From contig CAVSLV010000001.1 of NCBI GenBank assembly GCA_963728915.1, positions 672,001-736,000 on the forward strand: a stretch of 64,000 nucleotides of DNA. Reading direction: 5' to 3'. The notes under the pieces were generated by a model. It was not told the DNA's origin. It saw nothing but the letters and a program-made list of their open reading frames with translations, and did no database searches. Each line of letters begins with the position of its first letter. Positions within the stretch are counted from its first letter, which is position 1. The position numbers were made by a program, and so were the translations under genes. This DNA is from an uncultured Gemmatimonadales bacterium (lineage in GTDB: Bacteria > Gemmatimonadota > Gemmatimonadetes > Gemmatimonadales > GWC2-71-9). This document shows, piece by piece, positions 40,513-52,220 of the stretch.

Positions 40513-41979
40513 CTACTCGCCGGCGATGGTGATACTCGCGTCGAAGTAGGAGCTGCCGCCCCGATCGACTGCCCGAATCGCGACCTGATGGACTCCAGCC
40601 GAAAGAGGCACCGTCCGGACGAAGCTGTCCAGGGTCGGGCAGTTGTCATGGACCAGAAGCCCGGGCCCGACGTCCACCCCATCCACGTAGATCTCCACGT
40701 CGTTGTCGACCGCCACACCGATCCGGACGGTAGCGGCTTCCTCGAGACTGAAATTGCGGCGAAGATAGAGACTGGTATTTCCCGAGGGCCAGCTCGTGTG
40801 CGTGCCGCTCTGAATCAACGAGCACCCACTGTGGTCCTCGCCGAATCCGCCGGTCCCGAAGGAGGGGAACAAGGGACCGGTCTGCCAGCCGCTCGCCACG
40901 CTCCCACCGATCTGGTAGGACCAGCCGTCCGAGCCGTACCCGATCGGAAGGCCAGGCGCTTCCAGAGCGAACTGAAAGTCACTGAACGCGCCGGTGGAGC
41001 CGCCGGCGCCCAGGTGCAGCACCGTAGCGTAGAGGGGCTCCGGACCCACCAGACCCAGGAACCGGGAGCCGGCCCGCTTCCACTGGCCGTGTGCCAGAGC
41101 CCGAATCACGCCCCCTATGCTCGCATTGCCCCCGACCGTGGGACAGAGTGGCGAGGCGGTGTTGGGAAGCACATTGATCGCCCCGTCGTGGCGCCGGTGC
41201 AGATGGATGTGGTCGTGCTCCTCCCCCGAAGGAAGCACAGGATCGGTCAGCACGTCGCAGATGAATACGATGGCTTCATTGCTGAGGGTGCCCTCGAGGT
41301 CCGAATCGATGTGGATGCAGCTCCCGAAGACCCTGAAGCCATTGGCGCTCAAATCCGGGTTGCAGGCTCCGAAGGTGAGCGTAATGGGATCGCCACCGTC
41401 GGGTTGCGGTGGGATCGTCACACCGGCGATGCCACCATCGGGAGTCGTGGTCAGCACGGTTCCCCCGGTATTGGGATCCACGCAGGAACCCGCGACTGGG
41501 CAATCACTGGTGATCCAGAATATGACCGGCAGCGTGATTCCGTCATTGACGTTCAGGAATCCCGACATCCTGTCCCTGCTGGTATTCACATCAACAAAGC
41601 CGAGTTGCACTCCGAAGACCTCGACGGAAATGCGATACTGGGTGGAAACGTTCTTGGGGATCTTCCAGTTCTGGCGATAGTGACGTAACACGACCCTGAC
41701 GTCCGGGAACTCCTGGTAGTACCCGCCGGCCTTGCAGTCCCCGGCCTGGAGCTCACAGACCTTGACGGTCGGAGAAAGATCCGTGTTGAACCTTCCCCGT
41801 TCCACGAAGTTGCTGAGCGGCGGCAGGAAAAAGAAGTTCGGGTTGCCGCCATTCCGGCCGCCCTGGATCGCAAGATCCGGCGGCATCCCGGACTCTTTGT
41901 CCGGCGGGGAAACCACTCGATCGCTCTGACAGCCGAAAAGAACGAGGAGGGAAGCGAGACCCAACGCGAACCGTTTCAT
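40513..41979 (-). CDS. Hypothetical lipoprotein with C-terminal galactose-binding-like beta-sandwich domain
   Basis: Lipobox LFGC, GNPNFFFLPPL, paired Cys residues, C-terminal YLRRNF...AVDNDVEIYVDG. Confidence 0.65.
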   Translation of the reverse strand: MKRFALGLASLLVLFGCQSDRVVSPPDKESGMPPDLAIQGGRNGGNPNFFFLPPLSNFVERGRFNTDLSPTVKVCELQAGDCKAGGYYQEFPDVRVVLRHYRQNWKIPKNVSTQYRISVEVFGVQLGFVDVNTSRDRMSGFLNVNDGITLPVIFWITSDCPVAGSCVDPNTGGTVLTTTPDGGIAGVTIPPQPDGGDPITLTFGACNPDLSANGFRVFGSCIHIDSDLEGTLSNEAIVFICDVLTDPVLPSGEEHDHIHLHRRHDGAINVLPNTASPLCPTVGGNASIGGVIRALAHGQWKRAGSRFLGLVGPEPLYATVLHLGAGGSTGAFSDFQFALEAPGLPIGYGSDGWSYQIGGSVASGWQTGPLFPSFGTGGFGEDHSGCSLIQSGTHTSWPSGNTSLYLRRNFSLEEAATVRIGVAVDNDVEIYVDGVDVGPGLLVHDNCPTLDSFVRTVPLSAGVHQVAIRAVDRGGSSYFDASITIAGE

Positions 41980-42067
41980 CACCAGGACTCCGGGCCGGAG
42001 GAGTGAAGAGGAGGGGGACACTACGATACCATGGCCTGACGGGCCGCGCTACCCGGGAAGGGACCGG

Positions 42068-44615
<2,548 letters not shown>

Positions 44616-44722
44616 CCTGTTTCCCGGGAATTGGAGATCGAAAGGAGCCCGGAGATTATCGCACAAGGATGGCGAAAGGCGCAAACCGGGGACTGACGGT
44701 AGGTTCGAGGCAGGAGGATACG

Positions 44723-45556
44723 ATGCGATTCACGGCCGCAGCCTCACTGGTGGTCCTTTCTGCCGCTCCGGCGGCCCTTTCGGCCCAGACACTCCAGTAC
44801 CGGTCTCCTGCGGGGGTCGAGTACCGATCTCTTCCCGACTCGGGGCCGATTGATCGGGCCAGGCGGGCTCTGGCTGGCAATCCGGCGGGTGTCTCCTTCA
44901 TCATCCAGCTCGCGGTGGCGCAGTCGGGGGCTCGCCAGTTCCGGGAGGCGATCACGACCCTGACCCGGGGCCTCGCCGGCTCACCCAACGACGCCATGCT
45001 CCTCCGCTGGCGGGGGCATCGCTATCTCTCGGTTCGAGAGCTGGACCGCGCTCTGACCGACCTCCAGCGGGGTTTTCAAATCGACAGCACGAACTACGGG
45101 ATTCTCTACCATCTGGGAATCGTGCGCTTTGCAAGGGGGGAGTTTGATAAGGCCGCGGATCTGTTCCGTCGGGCTCAGCCACGGGCTCCGGATGCGGGTG
45201 AGCTGGCGGGCTCGACCGACTGGCTCTGGATGTCCCTCCAGAGAGCCGGTCGAGGGGAGGAAGCCTTGGCGATGCTGGCGGGGAAGCCGGATTCGTTGCC
45301 GGTGGAGAACGCCTATCGGCAGCGGCTTCGTCTCTACCGGGGCGAGATCGGACCGGACCAGGTCATCACTCCGGCCGACACCGATGACGTCGCCCTCGCC
45401 ACGCTGAGCTATGGTCTCGGCAACTGGTATCTGGTGCGGGGGGATACCGCTCGGGCTCGAGAATGGTTCCGCCGTTCGGTCGCTTCGGGTGGCTGGCCGG
45501 CATTCGGGTTCATCCTGTCCGAGGTCGAGCTGCGCCGTGTGCCAGGGAGGCCCTGA
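44723..45556 (+). CDS. Secreted tetratricopeptide repeat protein
   Basis: Signal peptide, TPR helices (WRGHRY, YHLG, YGLGNW). AGGAGG RBS. Confidence 0.8.
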   Translation: MRFTAAASLVVLSAAPAALSAQTLQYRSPAGVEYRSLPDSGPIDRARRALAGNPAGVSFIIQLAVAQSGARQFREAITTLTRGLAGSPNDAMLLRWRGHRYLSVRELDRALTDLQRGFQIDSTNYGILYHLGIVRFARGEFDKAADLFRRAQPRAPDAGELAGSTDWLWMSLQRAGRGEEALAMLAGKPDSLPVENAYRQRLRLYRGEIGPDQVITPADTDDVALATLSYGLGNWYLVRGDTARAREWFRRSVASGGWPAFGFILSEVELRRVPGRP

Positions 45557-45620
45557 TCGAGCTCCTGATCGTGGTGGTGATCAGCTGGCTTCGGTGAAGA
45601 CCGACTTGCGGAATGTCATG
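45553..45620 (+). pseudogene. Type IV pilin gene remnant
   Basis: 45553-45582 translates LIELLIVVVI; 45585-45620 translates LASVKTDLRNVM in another frame. Confidence 0.6.
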
Positions 45621-45642
45621 AGGTCCGGCAACCCTGAAGTCC

Positions 45643-45675
45643 GAACGGCCGCGGTCCAGGAGACCGCGGCCGTTC
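45643..45675. terminator. Hairpin terminator between convergent genes
   Basis: GAACGGCCGCGGTC-cagga-GACCGCGGCCGTTC, perfect 14-bp stem. Confidence 0.75.
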
Positions 45676-45685
45676 TGTTGCCGCG

Positions 45686-46516
45686 CTAGAAGCGGCGGTG
45701 GTGGAATGGGCTGGCCGCCGGGTCGAGCCGGAACAGCTCGATGGCGTTATCGGCGAGGATCTTCCGCTTGTCCCGCTCCGGAATGGCGAGCTCCTCCATG
45801 AACTCGAGATAGGACTCGATCGAGCAGATCGGCCAGTCGGTCCCGAACAGGACCCGGTGAGGCTCCACTCCGTAGAGCAGCATCTCCTGCACCTGCTTCC
45901 GGAGGAACGCCTCGAAGCGGTCCTCGAATTCCCCAAGGGTGAGCCCCGAGATGTCCGCGTGAACGTTGGGGTTCTTGTACACGACTTCCATGCAGTCCCG
46001 GATCCACGGGTTCCCGATGTGACAGATCACGAACTTGACCCCGGGATGATCCACCGCGGCCTCGTCGACGTGGAGTGGGTGGGCGTACTTGAGCTTTCCC
46101 TTCACCGAAAAAGTGTCCCCGGTGTGGATCATCACCGGGATGCCGTGTGCCTCGGCGAATTCGTAGGCGGGATGCCACTTGGGATCGGCCGGATAGAAGG
46201 GCTGATAGCCGGGATAGAGCTTGAGGCCCTTGACCTTGCCTTCCTTCACGAAGTCGGCGATCTCGACCAGGTCCTCGGCGGTGAAGCTCAGGTAGTCGAG
46301 GCCCGCCACGACCGAGAGATAGGGAATGTCCCGCAGTCGCTGCACCACCTGGCGGGTGGATGGCCGCCCCGGCGTCACCTTGTAGGAGGTGAGGATCAGG
46401 GCCTGGTCGATCCGGTTCCGCCGCATCGCGCGGAGCAGCTGGTCCAGGGTCTGTTCGAAGCGATCGAGCGACTCATCCTCGTAGTAGTTCAAGTGGACGT
46501 GACAATCGACGATCAT
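45686..46516 (-). CDS. Amidohydrolase family protein (amidohydro_2-like)
   Basis: IVDCHVH, GLKLYP, PVMIHTG, ICHIG, LFGTDWP. ATGA coupling to the upstream gene. Confidence 0.9.
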   Translation of the reverse strand: MIVDCHVHLNYYEDESLDRFEQTLDQLLRAMRRNRIDQALILTSYKVTPGRPSTRQVVQRLRDIPYLSVVAGLDYLSFTAEDLVEIADFVKEGKVKGLKLYPGYQPFYPADPKWHPAYEFAEAHGIPVMIHTGDTFSVKGKLKYAHPLHVDEAAVDHPGVKFVICHIGNPWIRDCMEVVYKNPNVHADISGLTLGEFEDRFEAFLRKQVQEMLLYGVEPHRVLFGTDWPICSIESYLEFMEELAIPERDKRKILADNAIELFRLDPAASPFHHRRF

Positions 46517-47181
46517 CGTTTCTCCCGGAATCGCTGGAGGACCGACTCGGCCCACGCCCGCCCGCCCAGGCCGAAGGCGAGGGCGAGCGCCAGGCAGGTT
46601 CCCCCGAACGCCAGCTGGAACGCCGAAGTGAGCAGGGTCACCGCGATGCCAAGCTGTTCCAGGGCCAGCACCGCGACGAAGGCCAGCAGCGCCCCCTGCA
46701 CCAGGATGCCCACGTTGCTACCGCCCTTCATCCCCACGTTGCCGAGATATGCCTCGACGAAGCCGCGAATGAACCGCGCCGCCAGAGTTCCGAAGACCAG
46801 CACCGCCACCGCGGCGATCACATTGGGGACGTACTGAGCCAGGCGTTCCATCAGCTCCGGCCCCATCGTCAATCCCAGCACGTTAAACACGGCCACGGTG
46901 AAGATCAGGAGCAGGCTCCAGTAGAAGAACTGGCCGACCAGGGTGACCAGGGTGAACCGGACTCCCCCGCGCACCAGGAAATCGTCCACTCCGGTCTGCT
47001 CGGCGGCGGCTTCGAGCTTGAGCAATCGGAGGAGCTTCACCACACCGCGCTGGACCGCCCGGGCGAGCAGCCACCCGATCAGCAGGAGGAGCAAGGCGAC
47101 GAGCACCCGGGGTAGCCAGGTCGCGATCAGGCTCCACGAATTGCGAAGGGACTCCAGAATCAGGGCGAATTGCTCTCGCAT
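46513..47181 (-). CDS. Membrane protein with conserved TM-helix repeats (CmpX/MscS-associated)
   Basis: WLPRVLVALLLLLIGW and YVPNVIAAVAVLVFG repeats; ALALAFGLGGR. Confidence 0.8.
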   Translation of the reverse strand: MREQFALILESLRNSWSLIATWLPRVLVALLLLLIGWLLARAVQRGVVKLLRLLKLEAAAEQTGVDDFLVRGGVRFTLVTLVGQFFYWSLLLIFTVAVFNVLGLTMGPELMERLAQYVPNVIAAVAVLVFGTLAARFIRGFVEAYLGNVGMKGGSNVGILVQGALLAFVAVLALEQLGIAVTLLTSAFQLAFGGTCLALALAFGLGGRAWAESVLQRFREKR

Positions 47182-47202
47182 GGTGCCTCCGGCTGAATGA
47201 AA

Positions 47203-47892
47203 CTACCGACGAATCGCCCCGATCGAGGCCCGGCCGGCCAGCTCGCGGAGCATGCGGCGAAAGGCGGGATCGCTCATCGGCCGTGGGATCCGATAGATCC
47301 GGCGCCAGATGGTAAAGAGCAGGCGACGGAGCTCGACGGTGGGAAGACGGCGACGAATCCGGTCCATGGACTCGTAATAGAACACCATCGGCACGGTGGG
47401 CTGGCCCCGGTGGAGTTTCGGCTGGTGGTAGGCGAAGTTCAGGGCCAGCACGCGCCGGCGCCGGATCAGGGCCCGAAGCCAGGGATTGTCGCGCCGGACT
47501 TCTCCGACCATGCCGCGGAGCGTCTCCCGCCGAATCCGCACCGCATCGCGCTCGAACAACCGTCGGAGCTTGTTTCGCAGCTTGGACCCGAGCCCGAGGC
47601 GGCGGCCGGCCGGGGTCACGGCCACGTATCCAATCACCCCGACGTTGACGTTGCCGAGGTAGGTCCCGGTCGCGACCCCCAGCACCCGGCCTCGGGCTTC
47701 GGCTACCAAGAGATGCCATTGCAGGTCGGTCCACAGCTCGGCCTCTCCCTCGCGGAGCGAGTGGCGCCATTCGACCGCACTCACCAGCTCGGACTTGGGG
47801 AAGATCCGCCGGAGCAGGCGATGCGCCTTGATCAGGGAAGGATCGCCGGAACTCACCACTTCCCGGAGGAACGATTGACCGCGTGGACTCAC
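47203..47892 (-). CDS. GNAT-family N-acetyltransferase
   Basis: YVAVTPAGRRLGLGSKL acetyl-CoA-binding motif A. Confidence 0.75.
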   Translation of the reverse strand: MSPRGQSFLREVVSSGDPSLIKAHRLLRRIFPKSELVSAVEWRHSLREGEAELWTDLQWHLLVAEARGRVLGVATGTYLGNVNVGVIGYVAVTPAGRRLGLGSKLRNKLRRLFERDAVRIRRETLRGMVGEVRRDNPWLRALIRRRRVLALNFAYHQPKLHRGQPTVPMVFYYESMDRIRRRLPTVELRRLLFTIWRRIYRIPRPMSDPAFRRMLRELAGRASIGAIRR

Positions 47893-47986
47893 GCGAACCC
47901 TGGGTCCATGGGGGTGCTCCGTTGACGGAAGAAGTGGGATGGGGTATCCTCGCGGAACCTATCCCGCAAACAACGACCGAGCAATC

Positions 47987-49312
47987 GTGATCGAGCTCCT
48001 CCACAAGCTTTCGGACCGCCTCGCGCTGCGCCGAGGGACCGACGCCGCGGGCACGATCACCCGGGTCGCCGACGGCGCCTCGCTGACCGCCGAAAACCTC
48101 TGGATGCTGGGCTGCTCCGCGGTTCTGGCCAGCATCGGACTCGATGTGGGGTCGGCGGCTGTGGTCATCGGCGCGATGCTCATTTCGCCCCTGATGGGAC
48201 CGATTCTGGGTGTCGGGCTGGGCGTGGGCATTACGGATCGGGGCCTGCTCCAGACGTCGTTACGGGAGCTGGGCTACGCCACCCTGCTGGTCCTCCTGGT
48301 GAGCGGAGTGTACTTCGCGCTCTCGCCGCTCGCCTCCCCGACCACCGAGCTCATCGCACGCACCAGACCCACCCTGCTCGATGTCGGGGTGGCCTTCTTC
48401 GGCGGAGTGGCGGGCATCGTCGCCGGGTCCCGGAAGCAACCCAGCATCGCGATCCCGGGCGTGGCCATCGCGACCGCCCTGATGCCGCCGCTCTGTACCG
48501 CCGGATTCGGATTGGCGACCCAGAACTGGTCCTTCTTCTTCGGGGCGTTCTACCTCTATGGCCTGAACGCGGTCTTCATCGCCCTCTCTACGTTCCTGGT
48601 GGTTCGCTTTCTCCGGTTTCCCCGTCGGGAGCGGGCCACCCGGGAGGAGCTCCGTCGCGAGCAGCGCCTGGTCTTCGCGGTCACCTTCCTCGCCGCGCTG
48701 CCGAGCACCTACTTCCTCTATGAAGTGGCGCGCACCTTACGGGAAAACCGCCGGATCACCACGTTCCTGGCCAGTGAGGTCGAAGCGCCGGGGCGTTCGG
48801 TCCCGCAATGGGAACACGTGCATGGAAAAGAGGGAGAGGTTCTCAAGATCTATATCGCGGGACGCCCGATCGAGGGCGCTGCGGTGGACTCGCTCCAGGC
48901 GGCGGTCAGCCGGTACCAGCTCGATGATCTGCGACTCGAGCTGGTGCAGAGCGATATCTCGGCGGAAGACCTCCGCCGCTTCCAGAGCGAGGTCCAGCGC
49001 GACATCCTCAATGCCGTGTCCACGACCACCGCGGCCCGTGACTCCTCGTCGACGGCCAAGGAACGCGACGCGGATCTGCGCCTGGAGCAGGCGGCCCGTG
49101 AGCTCGCGGGGGCGTTTCCGGAGATCACCAGCGTGGCGTTCGCCGAGCGGTCCAACCTGCTGCTCCCGGATTCGGTCCGGGCCGCCCCGGCGGTGTTCCT
49201 GACGTTCGCCGAGTCCGTCGCGACCCGGGACCGAATCGCCATCGTCGAGCGGGCGCGGGCGATGCTGCGCCAGCGGATGGGGAAGGACAGCCTGCTCGTG
49301 TTATCCCGCTAG
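47987..49312 (+). CDS. DUF389 domain membrane protein
   Basis: SAAVVIGAMLISPLMGPI, ARTRPTLLD, PGVAIATALMPPLC. Confidence 0.9.
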   Translation: MIELLHKLSDRLALRRGTDAAGTITRVADGASLTAENLWMLGCSAVLASIGLDVGSAAVVIGAMLISPLMGPILGVGLGVGITDRGLLQTSLRELGYATLLVLLVSGVYFALSPLASPTTELIARTRPTLLDVGVAFFGGVAGIVAGSRKQPSIAIPGVAIATALMPPLCTAGFGLATQNWSFFFGAFYLYGLNAVFIALSTFLVVRFLRFPRRERATREELRREQRLVFAVTFLAALPSTYFLYEVARTLRENRRITTFLASEVEAPGRSVPQWEHVHGKEGEVLKIYIAGRPIEGAAVDSLQAAVSRYQLDDLRLELVQSDISAEDLRRFQSEVQRDILNAVSTTTAARDSSSTAKERDADLRLEQAARELAGAFPEITSVAFAERSNLLLPDSVRAAPAVFLTFAESVATRDRIAIVERARAMLRQRMGKDSLLVLSR

Positions 49313-49330
49313 CGGCCAGGGGAGGTCTCC

Positions 49331-49546
49331 GTGACCCGAATGATTCGTGTGGCGATCAGAGTAGTCGGCCTGCTGGTCGCGGTGTTCCTGCCAGAGGGGT
49401 TCGGGCTTTCCGGGACGATGGGCGTCACCTACCGTTTCTACTGGTACAGCTTCCTCGTGGTCGGGCTGCTGCTCATCATGGGCTATGTCGGGGCGGGCGC
49501 GCTGGCCCGCCGCTTCCTCTCCGCGTCTTCTGCCGTCTCGCCCTAG
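49331..49546 (+). CDS. Small hypothetical membrane protein (2 TM)
   Basis: GGAGGT RBS, two hydrophobic segments, fills the gap between genes. Confidence 0.55.
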   Translation: MTRMIRVAIRVVGLLVAVFLPEGFGLSGTMGVTYRFYWYSFLVVGLLLIMGYVGAGALARRFLSASSAVSP

Positions 49547-49560
49547 CTCCGAGAACGTCG

Positions 49561-50525
49561 CTACGGGGTGTGGTACAACCCGATATCGAATGAGCCATTT
49601 GCAACCGCGAAGGTTCCCGTTGCCGCCGTCCCGGGCTGCGGCCGGAGGCTGGCGCTGAAGGTTCCCTTGATCCGGGTCGTCGTCATGCTGGTGATGGTCA
49701 GCGTTCCCACGTCGCCCACGATGCCATAGCAGCAGTGGGCCCCGGCCGGAGCCACCGCGTTCGGGTCGGTCACCCAGAGGATGCTGCCCGGGTTGTTGCT
49801 GAGCCCGTAGACTCCCGGACCGGCCGGCCGGGGGATGGTCATGGAATAGGTGTAGTTGCTGTTGATCCCGGAAAGGCTCAGATGGGTTGTTGAGGTCTGG
49901 CCCGAGACAATGGCCCCGTTCCAGGCCTGGCCGTTCAGGGACGCGCTGATCTTGCTCCCCATGGAATCGGTGAGCACGGCGATGGGGGCTTCCCGGCTCA
50001 ACGGCGCGTCGAATTCACCATTCGTGATCGACTTGGTGCCCGTGGCGGCTCCCGAGCCATCCGCGGTGAACGAGAACGTCCCGGCAATCCGAGTGGTGGT
50101 CAGCGTCGTGATGCTGATGCTGCCGGCGGCGCCGGAGAAGGCGGTCAGCCAGGTCCCCCCGGTGCCGGCGGTCACCCCCGCGAACCCGCCTTGCACCGTG
50201 GCTCCGTCCACCCCGAGCGGATAGGTCCCGGTCCTGGTGATGAGGTTCAGCGTGAAGGTCATTGATGCGACGGCCCCGCTCCCCGTGCCGAGGATCAGGT
50301 AGCCCCCGCTGAGCGGGGCGAATTGGCCGGCGGTGACCGACGAGCCGGCGCTCCAGGCCTGGCCGTCGATCGTTGCCGTCATCTTGGTGGTGGGGTTCCC
50401 GTTGTTGTTGCCGTTGTTCCCGTCGTTATTGTCGTCGCCGGGATTGGTCGGGCCTCCCCCCCGCACGAGGCCAGCAGGAGGGAACCGCCCAGGACGAGAC
50501 GGGAAGGCAAGGAGTGGAATCGCAT
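49561..50525 (-). CDS. Hypothetical lipoprotein with two beta-rich repeats (1-bp frameshift in a G7 run at 50456-50462)
   Basis: ATG at 50525 gives MRFHSLPSRLVLGGSLLLASC (lipobox). One extra G joins it to GGGGPTNP... Repeats MTATIDGQAW / ISASLNGQAW...GTFS...NGxFD. Confidence 0.75.
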
Positions 50526-50597
50526 GGATCGCTCCGGCGCAGGGATAGGGTCTCTATCCCTTGCGCAGGAGCGGTCTGTTCGCCGTCATGGGGCCCG

Positions 50598-52136
50598 TCA
50601 GGGGCTGGCGCTGACCCGGCCTTCCTGGCTGGACGCCCCGGCAATAAAGGTGGTCACGTCGCGGTGGAGCTTCTCCCGCGACCTCTTCTCTACATACATC
50701 ATGTGGCCCGCCTCGTAATAGGCGAAGCTCAGGTTCTTCCGGATCGAGGGCTCGAGCCCGAGGTGGGACACCGTCTCCTCGATCCCATTGAAGGGCGTCG
50801 CCACGTCGTAATACCCTGCAACCACCAGGACGCGAAGGTTCCCCTGTTGGGTCATGGCGGAGCGGAGCGCCTCTCCGGCCTGCCCCGGCTGGCCCTGGTC
50901 CCAGGGCCGCACGTTGGCGCTCAGGGTGTAGTACATCTCAGAGTTCCAGCCGAGCTCCCGGCGCACATAGTCCTGGAACACGGCGACGAAAGCCCCGTCG
51001 TAGGACGCGAGGCTCGGGTCGTATTCGTCTCGCTCGCCCGCCGCGTCGGCATCCATTCCGGTAAAGCGCGCGTCGATGCGCCCGACCGTCAGCCGCTTAT
51101 CCCGGAGCAACTCCTTGAACCACCGCTGCGGATTGACCCGGAGATTGGTCTGTTCGAGGTACCTGGGCGAAAGCCCCGTGAATCGTGCCAGCTTGGCTAC
51201 GATCTGCTGTTGTTCCGCGGGAGAGAGCTCGTCGCCCTTTTCCAGCGCCGCCGCGTATTCCCCGTGGGCAAACTCCCGGGCCTGCTGCACCACTGCGGCA
51301 AGGGGCAGCTTCTGGAGATCGGCCGGGAGCACCTTGTGATACCAGGCTGAGGCGACGAACGTCGGCAGGAAGAAACGGGTGCGATCATCCGCGCCCCAGT
51401 TGCCGAAGGCCACGGTGGAGATCAGCACGATGCCGTTCAGATAGACCTGGTGACGCCTCTGGAGGGTGAGCGAGAGCATGGCCGACCTGGTGGTGCCGTA
51501 GCTCTCCCCGATCAGGAACTTGGGCGAGGCCCAGCGCGAATTCCTGGTGAGGTATTGATAGATGAAATCGGAGAAAATATCGGCATCCTGGGTGAGTCCG
51601 TAAAACTGGGCCGGATTTTCGCCGGGGACGGGGCGACTGTAGCCGGTGGACACCGCATCCACGAACACCATGTCGGTGGCATCCAGGAAGGAATCATTGT
51701 TCTCGACCGTGGTGTAGGGCGCCGGCATCCCGAAGCCGTCGTCGGTCAGCACCGTTCGCCGCGGACCGAGCCCCATGTGGGTGTAGCTCGACGCAGATCC
51801 CGGACCCCCGTTGTACACGAAGGAGATCGGGCGCTTGGCCGGGTCGGCGTCGTCCTTGGTGTAGGCCACGAAAAAGAACGTTGCCTTGGGCGCCCCGTCT
51901 TCGCCTCGCACGATATAGGTCGCCGCCGTGGCGGTGTAGCTGATGGTCTGGCCCCCGATCCGCCCGGTGTGCTTGGTGACGGAGGTTTTCTCCTCGGGCG
52001 GCGCCGATGGGCGGACCGGCTGCTGGCCCGCTGGCGGTGCTTCGGTCGGGCGATTCCGCTGCTGCTGAGCCGGGTTGCCCTGGGCGGAAGCCGCGGTTGC
52101 CAGGGCGAGCGGGAACAAGAGGGCAATGGGTCTCAT
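50598..52136 (-). CDS. Secreted serine carboxypeptidase, S10 family
   Basis: YNGGPGS, STGYSR, GESYG, GYYD.ATP, YEAGHMMY. Confidence 0.92.
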   Translation of the reverse strand: MRPIALLFPLALATAASAQGNPAQQQRNRPTEAPPAGQQPVRPSAPPEEKTSVTKHTGRIGGQTISYTATAATYIVRGEDGAPKATFFFVAYTKDDADPAKRPISFVYNGGPGSASSYTHMGLGPRRTVLTDDGFGMPAPYTTVENNDSFLDATDMVFVDAVSTGYSRPVPGENPAQFYGLTQDADIFSDFIYQYLTRNSRWASPKFLIGESYGTTRSAMLSLTLQRRHQVYLNGIVLISTVAFGNWGADDRTRFFLPTFVASAWYHKVLPADLQKLPLAAVVQQAREFAHGEYAAALEKGDELSPAEQQQIVAKLARFTGLSPRYLEQTNLRVNPQRWFKELLRDKRLTVGRIDARFTGMDADAAGERDEYDPSLASYDGAFVAVFQDYVRRELGWNSEMYYTLSANVRPWDQGQPGQAGEALRSAMTQQGNLRVLVVAGYYDVATPFNGIEETVSHLGLEPSIRKNLSFAYYEAGHMMYVEKRSREKLHRDVTTFIAGASSQEGRVSASP

Positions 52137-52220
52137 GGGGCCGAATGTACCGCTCCTCGCGGGGCTCGGCCACCCAGCCGGGACAGGTGCGAGATCGGGG
52201 TCCGCGGGTGAGATTACAGC

